Assembly: GCA_038320275.1 (NCBI GenBank)
Contig: JBBQEB010000004.1
Span: 1-60,239 of the forward strand
From: Myxococcales bacterium
GTDB lineage: Bacteria > Myxococcota > Myxococcia > Myxococcales > Anaeromyxobacteraceae
DNA length: 60,239 bases
Direction: 5' to 3'
Part shown: positions 48,498 to 58,773 of the stretch, piece by piece
How the letters are laid out: the number at the start of each line of letters is the position of its first letter
Numbering within the stretch: the stretch's first letter is position 1
Notes under the pieces: model-generated
The model's input: only the letters and a program-made list of their open reading frames with translations
What the model was told of the DNA's origin: nothing
Databases searched by the model: none
Position numbers and translations under genes: made by a program

Positions 48498-51400
48498 GCG
48501 TCTCCGAGCCGTTCATCCGCCGGCCCGTCGCGACGGCCCTCCTCACGGTCGGGCTGCTCCTCGCCGGGCTCGCCGGCTACCGGCAGCTCCCCATCGCGGC
48601 GCTCCCGCAGGTGGACTACCCCACCATCGTCGTCTCGGCCACCCTGCCCGGCGCGAGCGCCGAGACCATGACCTCGGCGGTGACGACGCCGCTGGAGCGG
48701 CAGTTCGGCCAGATGCCGGGCCTCGACCAGATGACCTCGGTGTCGAGCTTCGGCACTTCGCAGGTGACGCTCCAGTTCAACCTCGACCGCAGCATCGACG
48801 CCGCCGAGCAGGACGTGCAGTCCGCGATCAACGCGGCCTCGAACCTCCTGCCGCGCGGCATGCCTTCCCCGCCCACGTACTCCAAGTCGAACCCGGCCGA
48901 CACGCCCATCCTGACGCTGGCGGTGTCCTCGTCCACGCTCCCGCTCGACCAGGTGCACGACTACACAGACTCGATCCTGGCACAGAAGATCTCGCAGGTG
49001 ACGGGCGTCGGGCTCGTCACCATCAACGGCGGGCAGAAGCCGGCGGTCCGCGTCCAGGTGGACCCCACGGCGCTGGCCGGCACCGGGCTCGGTCTGGAGG
49101 ACGTGAGGCTGGCGCTGGTCGCCGCCAACGTGAACGCGCCCAAGGGGAACATCGACGGTCCGCGCCAGGACTTCGCCATCGATACGAACGACCAGCTCGG
49201 CAAGGCGAAGAGCTTCCGGCCCATCATCCTCGCCTACCGGAACGGTGCGCCGGTGCGGCTCGACGAGGTGGCCGACGCGGTGGACGGGGTGGAGAACGCT
49301 CAGCTCGCCGGCTGGGCCGGACGGGACCGCGCCATCATCCTCAACGTCCAGCGGCAGCCGGGCGCGAACGTCATCGGGGTCGCGGAGCGGGTGAAGGCGC
49401 TCCTGCCGCGGCTCGCGTCGGCGCTGCCGCAGGGGCTCGAGGTGCGGACGCTCTCCGACCGGACCGAGACGGTGCGCGCCTCCGTGAACGACGTGCAGTT
49501 CACGCTCCTGCTCTCGGTGCTGCTGGTGGTGGGCGTGATCTACGTCTTCCTGCGGAGCTGGCGCGCCACCATCATCCCCGGCATCGCGGTGCCGCTCTCG
49601 CTGGTGGGCACCTTCGGCGTCATGTACCTGTGCGGCTACTCGCTCAACAACCTCTCGCTCATGGCGCTCACCATCTCGACCGGCTTCGTGGTCGACGATG
49701 CCATCGTCATGATCGAGAACATCGCCCGCTACATCGAGGGCGGGGAGAGGCCCTTCGAGGCGGCGCTGAAGGGCGCGAAGCAGATCGGCTTCACCATCGT
49801 CTCGCTCACGGTGTCGCTGGTGGCGGTGCTCATCCCACTGCTCTTCATGGGCGGCATCATCGGCCGCCTCTTCCGCGAGTTCGCGGTGACCCTCGCCATC
49901 GCCATCGGCGTCTCGGCGGTGCTCTCGCTCACCCTCACCGCCATGATGTGCGCGTACCTCCTGCGCCGGCACGAGGAGCCCGGCCCCCTCGCCCGCACCT
50001 TCGAGCGCTCCTTCGATCGGACGCTGGAGGGTTACGACCGTTCGTTGCGCTGGGTACTCGCTCACCAACCCCTCACGCTGGCGGTGACCATCGCCACCCT
50101 TGCGCTCACCCTGGCGCTCGCGTGGTTCATTCCCAAGGGCTTCTTCCCGGTGCAGGACACCGGGCTCCTCATCGGCATCACCGAGGCGCCGCCGGAGGTG
50201 TCGTTCGAGAGCATGGGCCGCCGCCAGCAGGCGCTCGCCGAGGTGGTGATGGCCGACCCGGCGGTCGCGAGCGTTGCCTCGTTCATCGGTGCCGACGGGA
50301 CGAACGCCACCGGGAACAGCGGCCGGCTCTCCATCACGCTGAAGGAGCGCTCCGCGCGCGCGAGCCTCGACGACATCCTCGGGCGCCTGGCCAAGGCGTC
50401 CGCCGGCGTGGAGGGCATCCAGCTCTTCCTACAACCGGTGCAGGACCTCCAGGTCGAGACGCGCATCAGCCGCACGCAGTACCAGTACACGCTGGAGGAT
50501 CCCGACCTGGGCGAGCTCTCCACCTGGGCCCCCAAGGTGGTGGAGAAGCTGCGGTCGCTCCCGGAGCTGCGGGGCGTGGCGAGCGATCAGCAGACGGCCG
50601 GGCTCCAGCTCAAGCTCGACATCGACCGCGACACCGCCTCGCGGCTCGGGGTCCAGCTCCAGGCGGTCGATGACACCCTCTACGACGCCTTCGGCCAGCG
50701 GCAGGTCTCCACCGTCTTCACCCAGCTCAACCAGTACCGGGTGATCCTCGAGGTGAAGCCAGAGCTCTCGAAGAGCCCGGAGGCCCTGAACGGCCTGTAC
50801 GTGAAGTCGTCGAGCGGCGACCAGGTCCCGCTCGCGGCCTTCACCCGCATGACGCGCACCACCGCGCCGCTCGCCATCGCCCACCAGGGACAGTTCCCTG
50901 CCGTGACGGTGTCGTTCGACACCGCGCCGGGCGTGGCGCTGGGTGACGCGGTCGATGCCATCCACCGCGCCACGGCCGAGATCGACCTCCCGCCCAGCGT
51001 CCGGGCTGGCTTCGCCGGCTCGGCGCAGGCGTTCCGGGAGTCGCTCGCGAGCGAGCCCATCCTCGTCCTGGCCGCGCTCATCACCGTCTACATCGTGCTG
51101 GGCGTGCTCTACGAGAGCTACATCCACCCGGTGACGATCCTCTCCACGCTGCCGTCCGCCGGCGTGGGCGCGCTGCTCGCCCTGATCCTGTTCAGGGTGG
51201 AGTTCAGCGTGATCGCGCTCATCGGGATCATCCTCCTCATCGGCATCGTGAAGAAGAACGCCATCATGATGATCGACTTCGCCCTGGAGGCGGAGCGCGA
51301 GAAGGGCATGACGACCCGCGACGCCATCTACCAGGCCTGCCTGCTCCGGTTCCGGCCCATCATGATGACCACCATGGCGGCGCTGCTGGGCGGGCTCCCG

Positions 51401-51595
51401 CTGGCGCTCGGCTCCGGCACCGGCTCCGAGCTGCGCCGCCCGCTCGGCATCAGCATCGTGGGCGGGCTGCTCATCTCGCAGCTCCTCACGCTCTACACGA
51501 CGCCCGTCATCTACCTCTACATGGCCCGGCTGGCGGCCCGCTTCGGCCGCGGCAGGGCGGCGGAGCCCGAACCCGCGGCGGCGCCCGGCGCGTGA
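48494..51595 (+). CDS. mdtB: RND permease, MdtB-like
   Basis: FIRRPVAT, LERQFGQMPGL, GFVVDDAIV, GIVKKNAIMMIDFAL. Confidence 0.88.
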   Translation: MSVSEPFIRRPVATALLTVGLLLAGLAGYRQLPIAALPQVDYPTIVVSATLPGASAETMTSAVTTPLERQFGQMPGLDQMTSVSSFGTSQVTLQFNLDRSIDAAEQDVQSAINAASNLLPRGMPSPPTYSKSNPADTPILTLAVSSSTLPLDQVHDYTDSILAQKISQVTGVGLVTINGGQKPAVRVQVDPTALAGTGLGLEDVRLALVAANVNAPKGNIDGPRQDFAIDTNDQLGKAKSFRPIILAYRNGAPVRLDEVADAVDGVENAQLAGWAGRDRAIILNVQRQPGANVIGVAERVKALLPRLASALPQGLEVRTLSDRTETVRASVNDVQFTLLLSVLLVVGVIYVFLRSWRATIIPGIAVPLSLVGTFGVMYLCGYSLNNLSLMALTISTGFVVDDAIVMIENIARYIEGGERPFEAALKGAKQIGFTIVSLTVSLVAVLIPLLFMGGIIGRLFREFAVTLAIAIGVSAVLSLTLTAMMCAYLLRRHEEPGPLARTFERSFDRTLEGYDRSLRWVLAHQPLTLAVTIATLALTLALAWFIPKGFFPVQDTGLLIGITEAPPEVSFESMGRRQQALAEVVMADPAVASVASFIGADGTNATGNSGRLSITLKERSARASLDDILGRLAKASAGVEGIQLFLQPVQDLQVETRISRTQYQYTLEDPDLGELSTWAPKVVEKLRSLPELRGVASDQQTAGLQLKLDIDRDTASRLGVQLQAVDDTLYDAFGQRQVSTVFTQLNQYRVILEVKPELSKSPEALNGLYVKSSSGDQVPLAAFTRMTRTTAPLAIAHQGQFPAVTVSFDTAPGVALGDAVDAIHRATAEIDLPPSVRAGFAGSAQAFRESLASEPILVLAALITVYIVLGVLYESYIHPVTILSTLPSAGVGALLALILFRVEFSVIALIGIILLIGIVKKNAIMMIDFALEAEREKGMTTRDAIYQACLLRFRPIMMTTMAALLGGLPLALGSGTGSELRRPLGISIVGGLLISQLLTLYTTPVIYLYMARLAARFGRGRAAEPEPAAAPGA

Positions 51596-54500
51596 GCATC
51601 TCCGAGCCCTTCATCCGGCGCCCGGTCGCCACCTCGCTGCTGGCGGCGGCGCTCCTCCTGGCGGGCGGGGCCGCCTACACGCAGCTCCCAGTGGCGCCCT
51701 TGCCGCGCGTCGACTTCCCCACCATCAGCGTCAGCACCGGGCTTCCCGGCGCGAGCCCCGAGACGATGGCCTCCGCCGTCGCGACCCCGCTCGAGCGAAG
51801 GCTCGGGCGCATCGCTGGGCTCTCCGAGATCACCTCGGTGAGCTCGCTCGGCTCCACCAGCCTCACGCTGCAGTTCGATCTCGATCGCGACGTGGACGCG
51901 GCCGGGCGCGACGTGCAGGCGGCCATCAACGCCTCCATGGGCGACCTGCCGGCGAACCTCCCCAGCCGGCCCAACTACCGCAAGGTGAACCCGGCCGACG
52001 CGCCCATCCTCATCCTGTGGCTCCGCTCCGGGACGCTGCCGCTCTCGCGCGTGTACGACGCCGCCAACACCGTCCTGGCGCAGAAGATCGCGCAGGTGCC
52101 GGGGGTGGGCCAGGTGTTCGTGGGGGGCGGGCAGCAGCCCGCGGTGCGCGTGCAGGTGGATCCGCAGGCGCTGGCCGGGGTGGGGCTCGGACTGGAGGAC
52201 GTGCGGAGCGCCCTCGCGCGCGCCACGGTGGACGCGCCCAAGGGCTCCGTGGACGGGCCGGACGCCACCCACGCCATCGCTGCCAACGACCAGCTCGGGG
52301 GCGCCGCCACCTTCGCGCCCCTCATCCTATCCTGGAAGGGCGGCGCACCCGTCCGCCTGGGAGACGTGGCGCGACTCCGCGATGGCGTCGAGAACGAGCG
52401 CGCCGCCGGCTGGGCCGACGGCAAGCGTTCGGTGGTGATGATCATCCGGCGGCAGCCCGGCGCGAACATCATCGACGTCATCGAGCGCGTGAAGGCGCTC
52501 CTGCCGTCCCTGGCGAGCTCCATCTCGCCCGCCATCGAGGTCGGGGTGGTGCTCGACCGGAGCAAGACCATCCGCGCGTCGGTGCGCGACGTCGAGACGA
52601 CGCTCGTCATCTCGGTGCTGCTGGTGGTGGCGGTGGTGTTCGTCTTCCTGCGCAGCGCGCGGGCCACCCTCATCCCGTCCGTCGCCGTGCCGCTGTCGCT
52701 GGTCGCGACCTTCGGCGGCATGTACCTCCTCGGCTACAGCATCAACAACCTGTCCCTCATGGCGCTCACCATCTCCACCGGCTTCGTGGTGGACGACGCC
52801 ATCGTGGTGACGGAGAACGTCACCCGCTTCCTGGAGAAGGGGATGCGTCCGCTGGAGGCGGCGCTGGAGGGCGCCCGCCAGATCGGCTTCACCATCGTGT
52901 CCATCACGGTGTCGCTGCTGGCGGTCTTCATCCCCATCCTGCTCATGGGTGGCATCGTGGGGCGGCTCTTCCGCGAGTTCGCGGTGACGCTCAGCATGGC
53001 CATCTTCGTCTCGGCGGTGATCTCGCTCACGCTCACGCCCATGATGGCTTCCCGCCTCCTGCGGGCGAAGGGGGAGGAGCGGCAGGGCAAGCTCTTCACC
53101 CTCTCCGAACGCTTCTTCGAGGCCCTGCTTCGCGGCTACGCCCGCGGCCTGCGCTGGACCCTGGCGCACCACCGCTTCATGCTCCTCGTCACCTTCGCGG
53201 CGGCAGCGATCACCGTCTGGCTGTACGTGATCGTGCCGAAGGGGCTCTTCCCGCAACAGGACACCGGGCAGCTCTCGGGCATCTCCGACGCGCCGCAGGA
53301 CATCTCCTTTCCGGCCATGCGCGATCGCCAGGACGCGCTCAACCAGGTTCTCGTGGCGCACCCGGCGGTGGCCCACATGGTGTCCTTCATCGGCGGCGGC
53401 AACTCGCAGAACACCGGCTTCGTCTTCGTCGAGCTGAAGACGGGAAAGGGGCGCAAGACCGCCGACGAGGTCATCGGCTCGCTGCGACCCCAGCTCGCCC
53501 GCGTCCCGGGCATCGCGCTCTTCCTGCAGTCGGTGCAGGACGTGCGCATCGGCGGCCGCGCCAGCCGCACGCAGTACCAGTACACGCTGCAGGACGCGAA
53601 CCTCGACGAGCTCAACACCTGGGCGCCGCGCATGCTCGAGAAGCTGAAGGCCGTCCCCCAGCTCCGCGACGTCGCCTCCGACCAGCAGACGAACGCGCTC
53701 AAGCTCGCGGTGGAGATCGACCGCGACACCGCGGCGCGGCTGGGCGTCTCGGTCCAGGCGATCAACGACACGCTCTACGACGCCTTCGGCCAGCGGCAGG
53801 TCGCGACCCTCTACACGCAGCTCAACCAGTACCGGGTGGTGCTGGAGGTGAAGCCGGAGCTGCAGCAGGACGTGGACGCGCTGAAGCGTCTGCGGGTGCC
53901 CGGCCGCGATGGCGCACAGGTTCCGCTGGAGGCGCTCGCCAGCTGGAAGCTCGTGCCCACCTCGCTGTCGGTGAACCACCAGGGCCAGTTTCCCGCGGTC
54001 ACCCTCTCCTTCAACCTCGCCCCCAACGTCTCGCTCTCGCAGGCGCTCGACGCGGTGCGCGCGGCGGGCCGGCAGATCGGCATGCCGGCGAGCGTCAACG
54101 CCGCCTTCCAGGGGACCGCCCAGGCCTTCATCGAGTCGCTCCGGAGCGAGCCCTGGCTCGTCCTGGGCGCCTTGCTCGCCGTCTACATCGTGCTGGGCGT
54201 GCTCTACGAGAGCTACGTCCACCCCATCACGATCCTCTCCACCCTGCCCTCCGCCGGCGCCGGGGCGCTGCTCGCCCTGCTCGTCTTCGGCAGCGAGTTC
54301 AGCATCATCGCCCTCATCGGCGTCATCCTCCTCATCGGCATCGTGAAGAAGAACGCCATCATGATGATCGACTTCGCCATCGAGGCGGAGCGCGACCGCG
54401 GGCTCTCCACCCGCGACGCCATCTACGAGGCCTGCCTCCTGCGCTTCCGCCCCATCATGATGACCACCATGGCCGCGCTCCTGGGCGGGCTCCCGCTCGC

Positions 54501-54696
54501 GCTCGGCAACGGCATCGGCGCGGAGCTCCGCCGCCCGCTCGGCATGACCATCGTGGGCGGGCTGCTCCTCTCGCAGATGCTGACGCTCTTCACGACGCCG
54601 GTGGTGTACCTCGCGCTCGACCGCTTCACGCGCCGTGAGCGCCGCTCGGCGGCAGGCCTTCCCGCGCACACGCCCGCGGAGCGAGCGCATCGCTGA
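51592..54696 (+). CDS. mdtC: RND permease, MdtC-like
   Basis: LPRVDFPTI, LERRLGRIAG, GFVVDDAIV; second permease of the heteromeric pair. Confidence 0.88.
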   Translation: MSISEPFIRRPVATSLLAAALLLAGGAAYTQLPVAPLPRVDFPTISVSTGLPGASPETMASAVATPLERRLGRIAGLSEITSVSSLGSTSLTLQFDLDRDVDAAGRDVQAAINASMGDLPANLPSRPNYRKVNPADAPILILWLRSGTLPLSRVYDAANTVLAQKIAQVPGVGQVFVGGGQQPAVRVQVDPQALAGVGLGLEDVRSALARATVDAPKGSVDGPDATHAIAANDQLGGAATFAPLILSWKGGAPVRLGDVARLRDGVENERAAGWADGKRSVVMIIRRQPGANIIDVIERVKALLPSLASSISPAIEVGVVLDRSKTIRASVRDVETTLVISVLLVVAVVFVFLRSARATLIPSVAVPLSLVATFGGMYLLGYSINNLSLMALTISTGFVVDDAIVVTENVTRFLEKGMRPLEAALEGARQIGFTIVSITVSLLAVFIPILLMGGIVGRLFREFAVTLSMAIFVSAVISLTLTPMMASRLLRAKGEERQGKLFTLSERFFEALLRGYARGLRWTLAHHRFMLLVTFAAAAITVWLYVIVPKGLFPQQDTGQLSGISDAPQDISFPAMRDRQDALNQVLVAHPAVAHMVSFIGGGNSQNTGFVFVELKTGKGRKTADEVIGSLRPQLARVPGIALFLQSVQDVRIGGRASRTQYQYTLQDANLDELNTWAPRMLEKLKAVPQLRDVASDQQTNALKLAVEIDRDTAARLGVSVQAINDTLYDAFGQRQVATLYTQLNQYRVVLEVKPELQQDVDALKRLRVPGRDGAQVPLEALASWKLVPTSLSVNHQGQFPAVTLSFNLAPNVSLSQALDAVRAAGRQIGMPASVNAAFQGTAQAFIESLRSEPWLVLGALLAVYIVLGVLYESYVHPITILSTLPSAGAGALLALLVFGSEFSIIALIGVILLIGIVKKNAIMMIDFAIEAERDRGLSTRDAIYEACLLRFRPIMMTTMAALLGGLPLALGNGIGAELRRPLGMTIVGGLLLSQMLTLFTTPVVYLALDRFTRRERRSAAGLPAHTPAERAHR

Positions 54697-54714
54697 AGGG
54701 CGATGCAGATCCCT

Positions 54715-56295
54715 TCATCCCTGGCCCGGCGCCACGGGGTCCGCCACCGGCGGAAAGACGACGCGCATGGTGGTGCCCTTCCCCTGCTCGGTCTCGACCT
54801 GGATCTCGCCGCCCAGTCCGCTCACGATGCCATGGCACACCGCGAGGCCCAGCCCCGTGCCGGTGCCCACCGGCTTCGTGGTGAAGAACGGGTCGAAGAT
54901 GCGCGCGACGTGCTCCGGAGCGATGCCGGAGCCGGTGTCCCGCACCTCGACCACTGCGCGGCCGTCCTCCCCGGTCCGGGTGACCACGCGGACCAGGTTG
55001 TGGTTCGCTTGACCCGGCTCCATCGCCTGGGCCGCGTTGATGAGCAGGTTGAGGAGCACCTGCCCGAGGCGGTGGGCGCTGCCGCGGACGAGCGGCACGG
55101 GGCCGAGCTCCAGCGCGACGCGCGCCCGGTGGCGGATCTCGTTGTTGGCGAGGTTGAGGGCGCTTCGGACCACCGGGCGTAGGTCGACCGGCTCCGCGGG
55201 AGGGTCGTCCTGGCGCGAGAAGGTCTTGAGGTCGCGCACGATCTCGCGCACCCGGTCGGCACCTTCGCGCGTCTCGTCGAGCGCGACGAGGAGACCCTGC
55301 GGCGGCGGCGACAGCCTCGCCAGCTCGTCCCGCACGTACTCGAGGTTGGAGAGGATGAAGGCGAGGGGGTTGTTGATCTCGTGGGCCACGCCTGCCGCCA
55401 GCGTGCCCATCGACGTCATGCGGTCGGCGAAGAGGAGCTGCGCCTCCAGGGCTCGCTTCTCGGTGATGTCCTCCACGAGGCCCACCGAGTAGAGGAACGT
55501 GCCCGCGTCGTCGCGCACCACCGTGGAGCGAAGGAGCCCCTGCATGCAGCGGCCATCCTTGCGCAGGTAACGCCGCTCGCCCACGATGAGGTCGCGCCGG
55601 TTGGCCAGTACCTCCACGAAGTCGGCCCTCGAGGCGGCGCGGTCGTCGGGGTGGATGACGTCCCGGATGACCATCCGCCCAAGCTCTTCCGCGGACCAGC
55701 CCAGCATGTCGATGAAGGCACGGTTGTACTCGAGGAAGTGCCCCGCGCCGTCGAGGAGGCAGATGCCCAGGCTGGCGCCCTGGAAGGCGGCCCGGAACTT
55801 GGCTTCGCTCTCCCGGAGCGCTTCCTGAGCGCGAACGAACGCGGTGACGTCGCGGATGCTTCCCTGATGGTACCGCTTCCCTCCTGCCTTAAAGACGCGA
55901 ACGCTCACCTCGCCGTCGAAGAAGGTGCCGTCCTTGCGTCGGAACCGGGTGTCGAAGACGGCCTGCCCTTTCTTCCGCTGCTCCTCCAGGCGCGCCTCGA
56001 CGTCTCCCACCGTCGCGGGATCGCGAAGCTCGCGGATGCGCATGCGCAGGAGCTCCTCCCTGGAGTAGCCCAGGAGCGACACCGCGCGGTCGTTCACCTC
56101 GAGGATCCGGTCCTCGTCGTCGGTGACGAGGGTCACGTCGTTGGAGAAGCGGGTGAGGTCGCGCAGCAGGCTCGCCAGCGCCCGGCCTGCGCCAGCGTCG
56201 TGCCGCTTTCTCCGCGTGGACGCCCCTCCGGTGGCGAACCGGGACGCGGCGGCGCCAGCCAGGGCGGCCATGACCAGCGCTCGGACGCGGCTCAC
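54715..56295 (-). CDS. PAS-PAS sensor histidine kinase (NtrB-like)
   Basis: Two PAS/PAC domains; AHEINNPL; FDPFFTTKP.GTGTGLGL; start uncertain (56295/56319). Confidence 0.9.
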   Translation of the reverse strand: MSRVRALVMAALAGAAASRFATGGASTRRKRHDAGAGRALASLLRDLTRFSNDVTLVTDDEDRILEVNDRAVSLLGYSREELLRMRIRELRDPATVGDVEARLEEQRKKGQAVFDTRFRRKDGTFFDGEVSVRVFKAGGKRYHQGSIRDVTAFVRAQEALRESEAKFRAAFQGASLGICLLDGAGHFLEYNRAFIDMLGWSAEELGRMVIRDVIHPDDRAASRADFVEVLANRRDLIVGERRYLRKDGRCMQGLLRSTVVRDDAGTFLYSVGLVEDITEKRALEAQLLFADRMTSMGTLAAGVAHEINNPLAFILSNLEYVRDELARLSPPPQGLLVALDETREGADRVREIVRDLKTFSRQDDPPAEPVDLRPVVRSALNLANNEIRHRARVALELGPVPLVRGSAHRLGQVLLNLLINAAQAMEPGQANHNLVRVVTRTGEDGRAVVEVRDTGSGIAPEHVARIFDPFFTTKPVGTGTGLGLAVCHGIVSGLGGEIQVETEQGKGTTMRVVFPPVADPVAPGQG

Positions 56296-56356
56296 CCCTC
56301 CGTTGTAACGCGGTCGCACCGCCGCGCCGACCGGTGGGCTGGCCCAAACGCCCCAT

Positions 56357-57052
56357 TCAACGCGCCCTGCGCCGCTCCCGTTCTCCGCCCTTCGCCGCCA
56401 GGAAGAGGACGTGCTTCACGCCGCGCCCGCCACCGCCGCGGGCGGGCACCACCCGCGCGGAGGCGTCGAACCCAGCGGCCGCCAGGCGCTCCAGATAGCG
56501 CTCGTCGGGCCCTGCCGACCAGACGGCCAGCACGCCGCCCGAGGTGAGCGCCTCGTGGCAGGCGCGCACGCCCGCCTTGCCGTAGAGCCGGTCGTTACCC
56601 TCCTGCACCAGCGACGACGGGCTGTTGTCGACGTCGAGCAGGATGGCGTCGAAGGCCCGCCGCGCCTCGGCGATGCGACCGGCCACGTCGCCGAGCTGCA
56701 GCCGCACGCGCGGGTCCTCCAGCGGCCGGCCGGCGAGGTGCGCTACCGGGCCGCGGTTCCAGGCGGCGACCTCGGGGACCAGCTCGGCCACGATCACCCT
56801 CGCGTCGGGCCCGACCTTGTCGAGCGCGGCGCGCACCGTGTAGCCCAGCCCCAGCCCGCCCACGAGCACGGTCCGGGCCTCCTGAACGCGATCGAGCGCC
56901 ATGGTGGCGAGGGCGTCCTCCGAGCCGTGCGTGCGGCTCGTCATGAGCACCCGGCCGGCGACGCGCACCACCCACTCCTCGCCCCGGCGGGCGAGGGTGA
57001 GCTCTGCGCCGTCCGGCGCCACCGCGCGCGCGACCGTCTCCCAGGGAAGCAT
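56357..57052 (-). CDS. Spermidine synthase-like SAM-dependent transferase
   Basis: VLVGGLGLGYT, FDAILLDVDNSP, GGVLAVWS. Confidence 0.75.
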   Translation of the reverse strand: MLPWETVARAVAPDGAELTLARRGEEWVVRVAGRVLMTSRTHGSEDALATMALDRVQEARTVLVGGLGLGYTVRAALDKVGPDARVIVAELVPEVAAWNRGPVAHLAGRPLEDPRVRLQLGDVAGRIAEARRAFDAILLDVDNSPSSLVQEGNDRLYGKAGVRACHEALTSGGVLAVWSAGPDERYLERLAAAGFDASARVVPARGGGGRGVKHVLFLAAKGGERERRRAR

Positions 57053-57100
57053 CGAGCGTGAGCACTACCGCATCCGCGCGGAGCGCGCGAGGACGGCGGC

Positions 57101-58240
57101 TCAGCGCAGCAGGTGCGGCACGAAGCGGCTCGCATCGTCGGTGATGCGCCCGTCCGACTCGCGAATCCCGATCCCGGCCGCCTCGCCCTGCACCACCCAG
57201 CTCCCCACCACCGGCCAGCGGCCGTCGAACGGGCGCGCAGGAGCGAGCGCCTGATAGACGAAGCCCTCCGCGCCGTAGCCCGCGTCGGCGCCCTCCGCCA
57301 CCGTGCGCCCCGCCTCCACCAGCGTGACGTTGGCGCCCTCGCGGCCATAGCGCGGCTTCTTGGCCCAGCTCTCGAGCCGCCCAGGGGCGTCGTACGCAGG
57401 GAGCAGGTTGGGATGGTCGGGAAAGAGCTCCCACAGGATGGGCAGGATGCCCTTGCACGAGAGCAGCACCTTCCAGGGCGGCTCGACCCAGGTGGTGACG
57501 GCCGCGGGCAGGTGCTCCCCGAAGGACTCCCGGAACATCCACTCCCAGGGATACAGCTTGAAGATGGACGAGACGCGGCGGTCCTGGAGGTCCACGAAGG
57601 CGCGGTCGGCGGCGCGGTAGCCGAGGTCCCCGATCGCAAGCCAGCGCGTCTCGAGGCCGGCCTGCGCGGCGGTGTCCTGCAGGTAGCTCGCGGTGAGGAC
57701 GTCCTCGGGGACGTCGAGGGAGGCCACGTGGAGCGGCGGCGGGAGGAACGGCTTCAGATCCTTCCAGCCGGCCACCAGCCGCTCGTGGATGGAGTTGAGC
57801 TGATCGGCGTCCGGCGCCACCTCCTCGCGCCATCGCCACTGCACCACGGCCGCCTCGAGGAGCGCGGTGGGGGTGTCGGCGTTGTACTCCAGGAGCTTGG
57901 GAGGGCCGGAGCCGTCGTAGGCGAGGTCCATCCGGCCGTAGATGGAGGGATCGCCCGCGCCGGCGAGCGCGCTCCAGGACCGCTCGACGAGCGGCACCGC
58001 GAACGCGGGCACCCCCAGCCTCTCGTACAGCCCGCGGTGGATCACGTGCTCCACCGCGTCGAGGCAGCGGGCGTGGAGCTCCCCGGTGGCCTGCTCCAGC
58101 TCCGTCGCGTCGGCCGCGGAGAGCTCGTAGAAGGCGCTCTCGTCCCAGTAGGTTCGACCGCCCGGCGTGTGGAGCGGGAAGCCCGCCTCCTCGACCTTGG
58201 CCGGCCAGCCCTCGCGCGGCGAGGTCGCGACACGGCGCAC
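57101..58240 (-). CDS. Glutathionylspermidine synthase-family ATP-grasp ligase (YgiC-like)
   Basis: YWDESAFY, GRMDLAY, KLLEYNADTPT, FKLYPWEW, EPPWK, GREGAN, RFVPH; GTG at 58240. Confidence 0.92.
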   Translation of the reverse strand: MRRVATSPREGWPAKVEEAGFPLHTPGGRTYWDESAFYELSAADATELEQATGELHARCLDAVEHVIHRGLYERLGVPAFAVPLVERSWSALAGAGDPSIYGRMDLAYDGSGPPKLLEYNADTPTALLEAAVVQWRWREEVAPDADQLNSIHERLVAGWKDLKPFLPPPLHVASLDVPEDVLTASYLQDTAAQAGLETRWLAIGDLGYRAADRAFVDLQDRRVSSIFKLYPWEWMFRESFGEHLPAAVTTWVEPPWKVLLSCKGILPILWELFPDHPNLLPAYDAPGRLESWAKKPRYGREGANVTLVEAGRTVAEGADAGYGAEGFVYQALAPARPFDGRWPVVGSWVVQGEAAGIGIRESDGRITDDASRFVPHLLR

Positions 58241-58242
58241 CC

Positions 58243-58662
58243 CTACGCCCCCGCGCCGGAGGCGTGCCCGCCGGATCCGCCGGCGCCCGCCGCGTGCGCG
58301 GCGCCGGTCGCTCCGAAGCCGCCGCGCGACACCCCTTCGCTCGCGGCTCCAGGATGTCCCGAGGGAGCGAGCCCGTTCGCGGCCGGCGAGCCCCGCCCGA
58401 ACCACCCGCCGCCTCCGAACCAGCCGGCGCGCGGGAGGAAGATGTAGTGGAAGCCCCCGTACCCTGCGTGCCCCGCGCGGCCTCCGCCGTCCGCGTCCCA
58501 GGTGGCGGTGGCGCCCTCCTTCTCGCAGAGCGCGTCCGCTGCGGCCCCGCCGTCGGCGTCCACGCAGCGCCTTACCTGCGCACCGGGAGAGCGGCTGCAG
58601 CCCAGCGCCGCCGCCACCGCCAGGAGGAGCGTCAGCTTTGGAGGTGAACCGCGGCGGGGCAC
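58243..58662 (-). CDS. YgiB/DUF1190-like lipoprotein
   Basis: Lipobox ALGC, a further Cys pair, Gly-rich C-terminus with SRGGFG; immediately upstream of the ygiC-like gene. Confidence 0.7.
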   Translation of the reverse strand: MPRRGSPPKLTLLLAVAAALGCSRSPGAQVRRCVDADGGAAADALCEKEGATATWDADGGGRAGHAGYGGFHYIFLPRAGWFGGGGWFGRGSPAANGLAPSGHPGAASEGVSRGGFGATGAAHAAGAGGSGGHASGAGA

Positions 58663-58773
58663 GGGGGCGATCGTAACCGGACGGCCGGGCGCGGGCCGTT
58701 GCGGCCTGGGTTCCGGGGCTCCCGGCGCCCATTCCGCCGTGACGTTCCGCGGGGCGCCGGATACACCGGCGCC

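Noticed and set aside
48494..54696. Near-identical stretches between the two RND genes
   Set aside because: Ordinary MdtB/MdtC paralogy.
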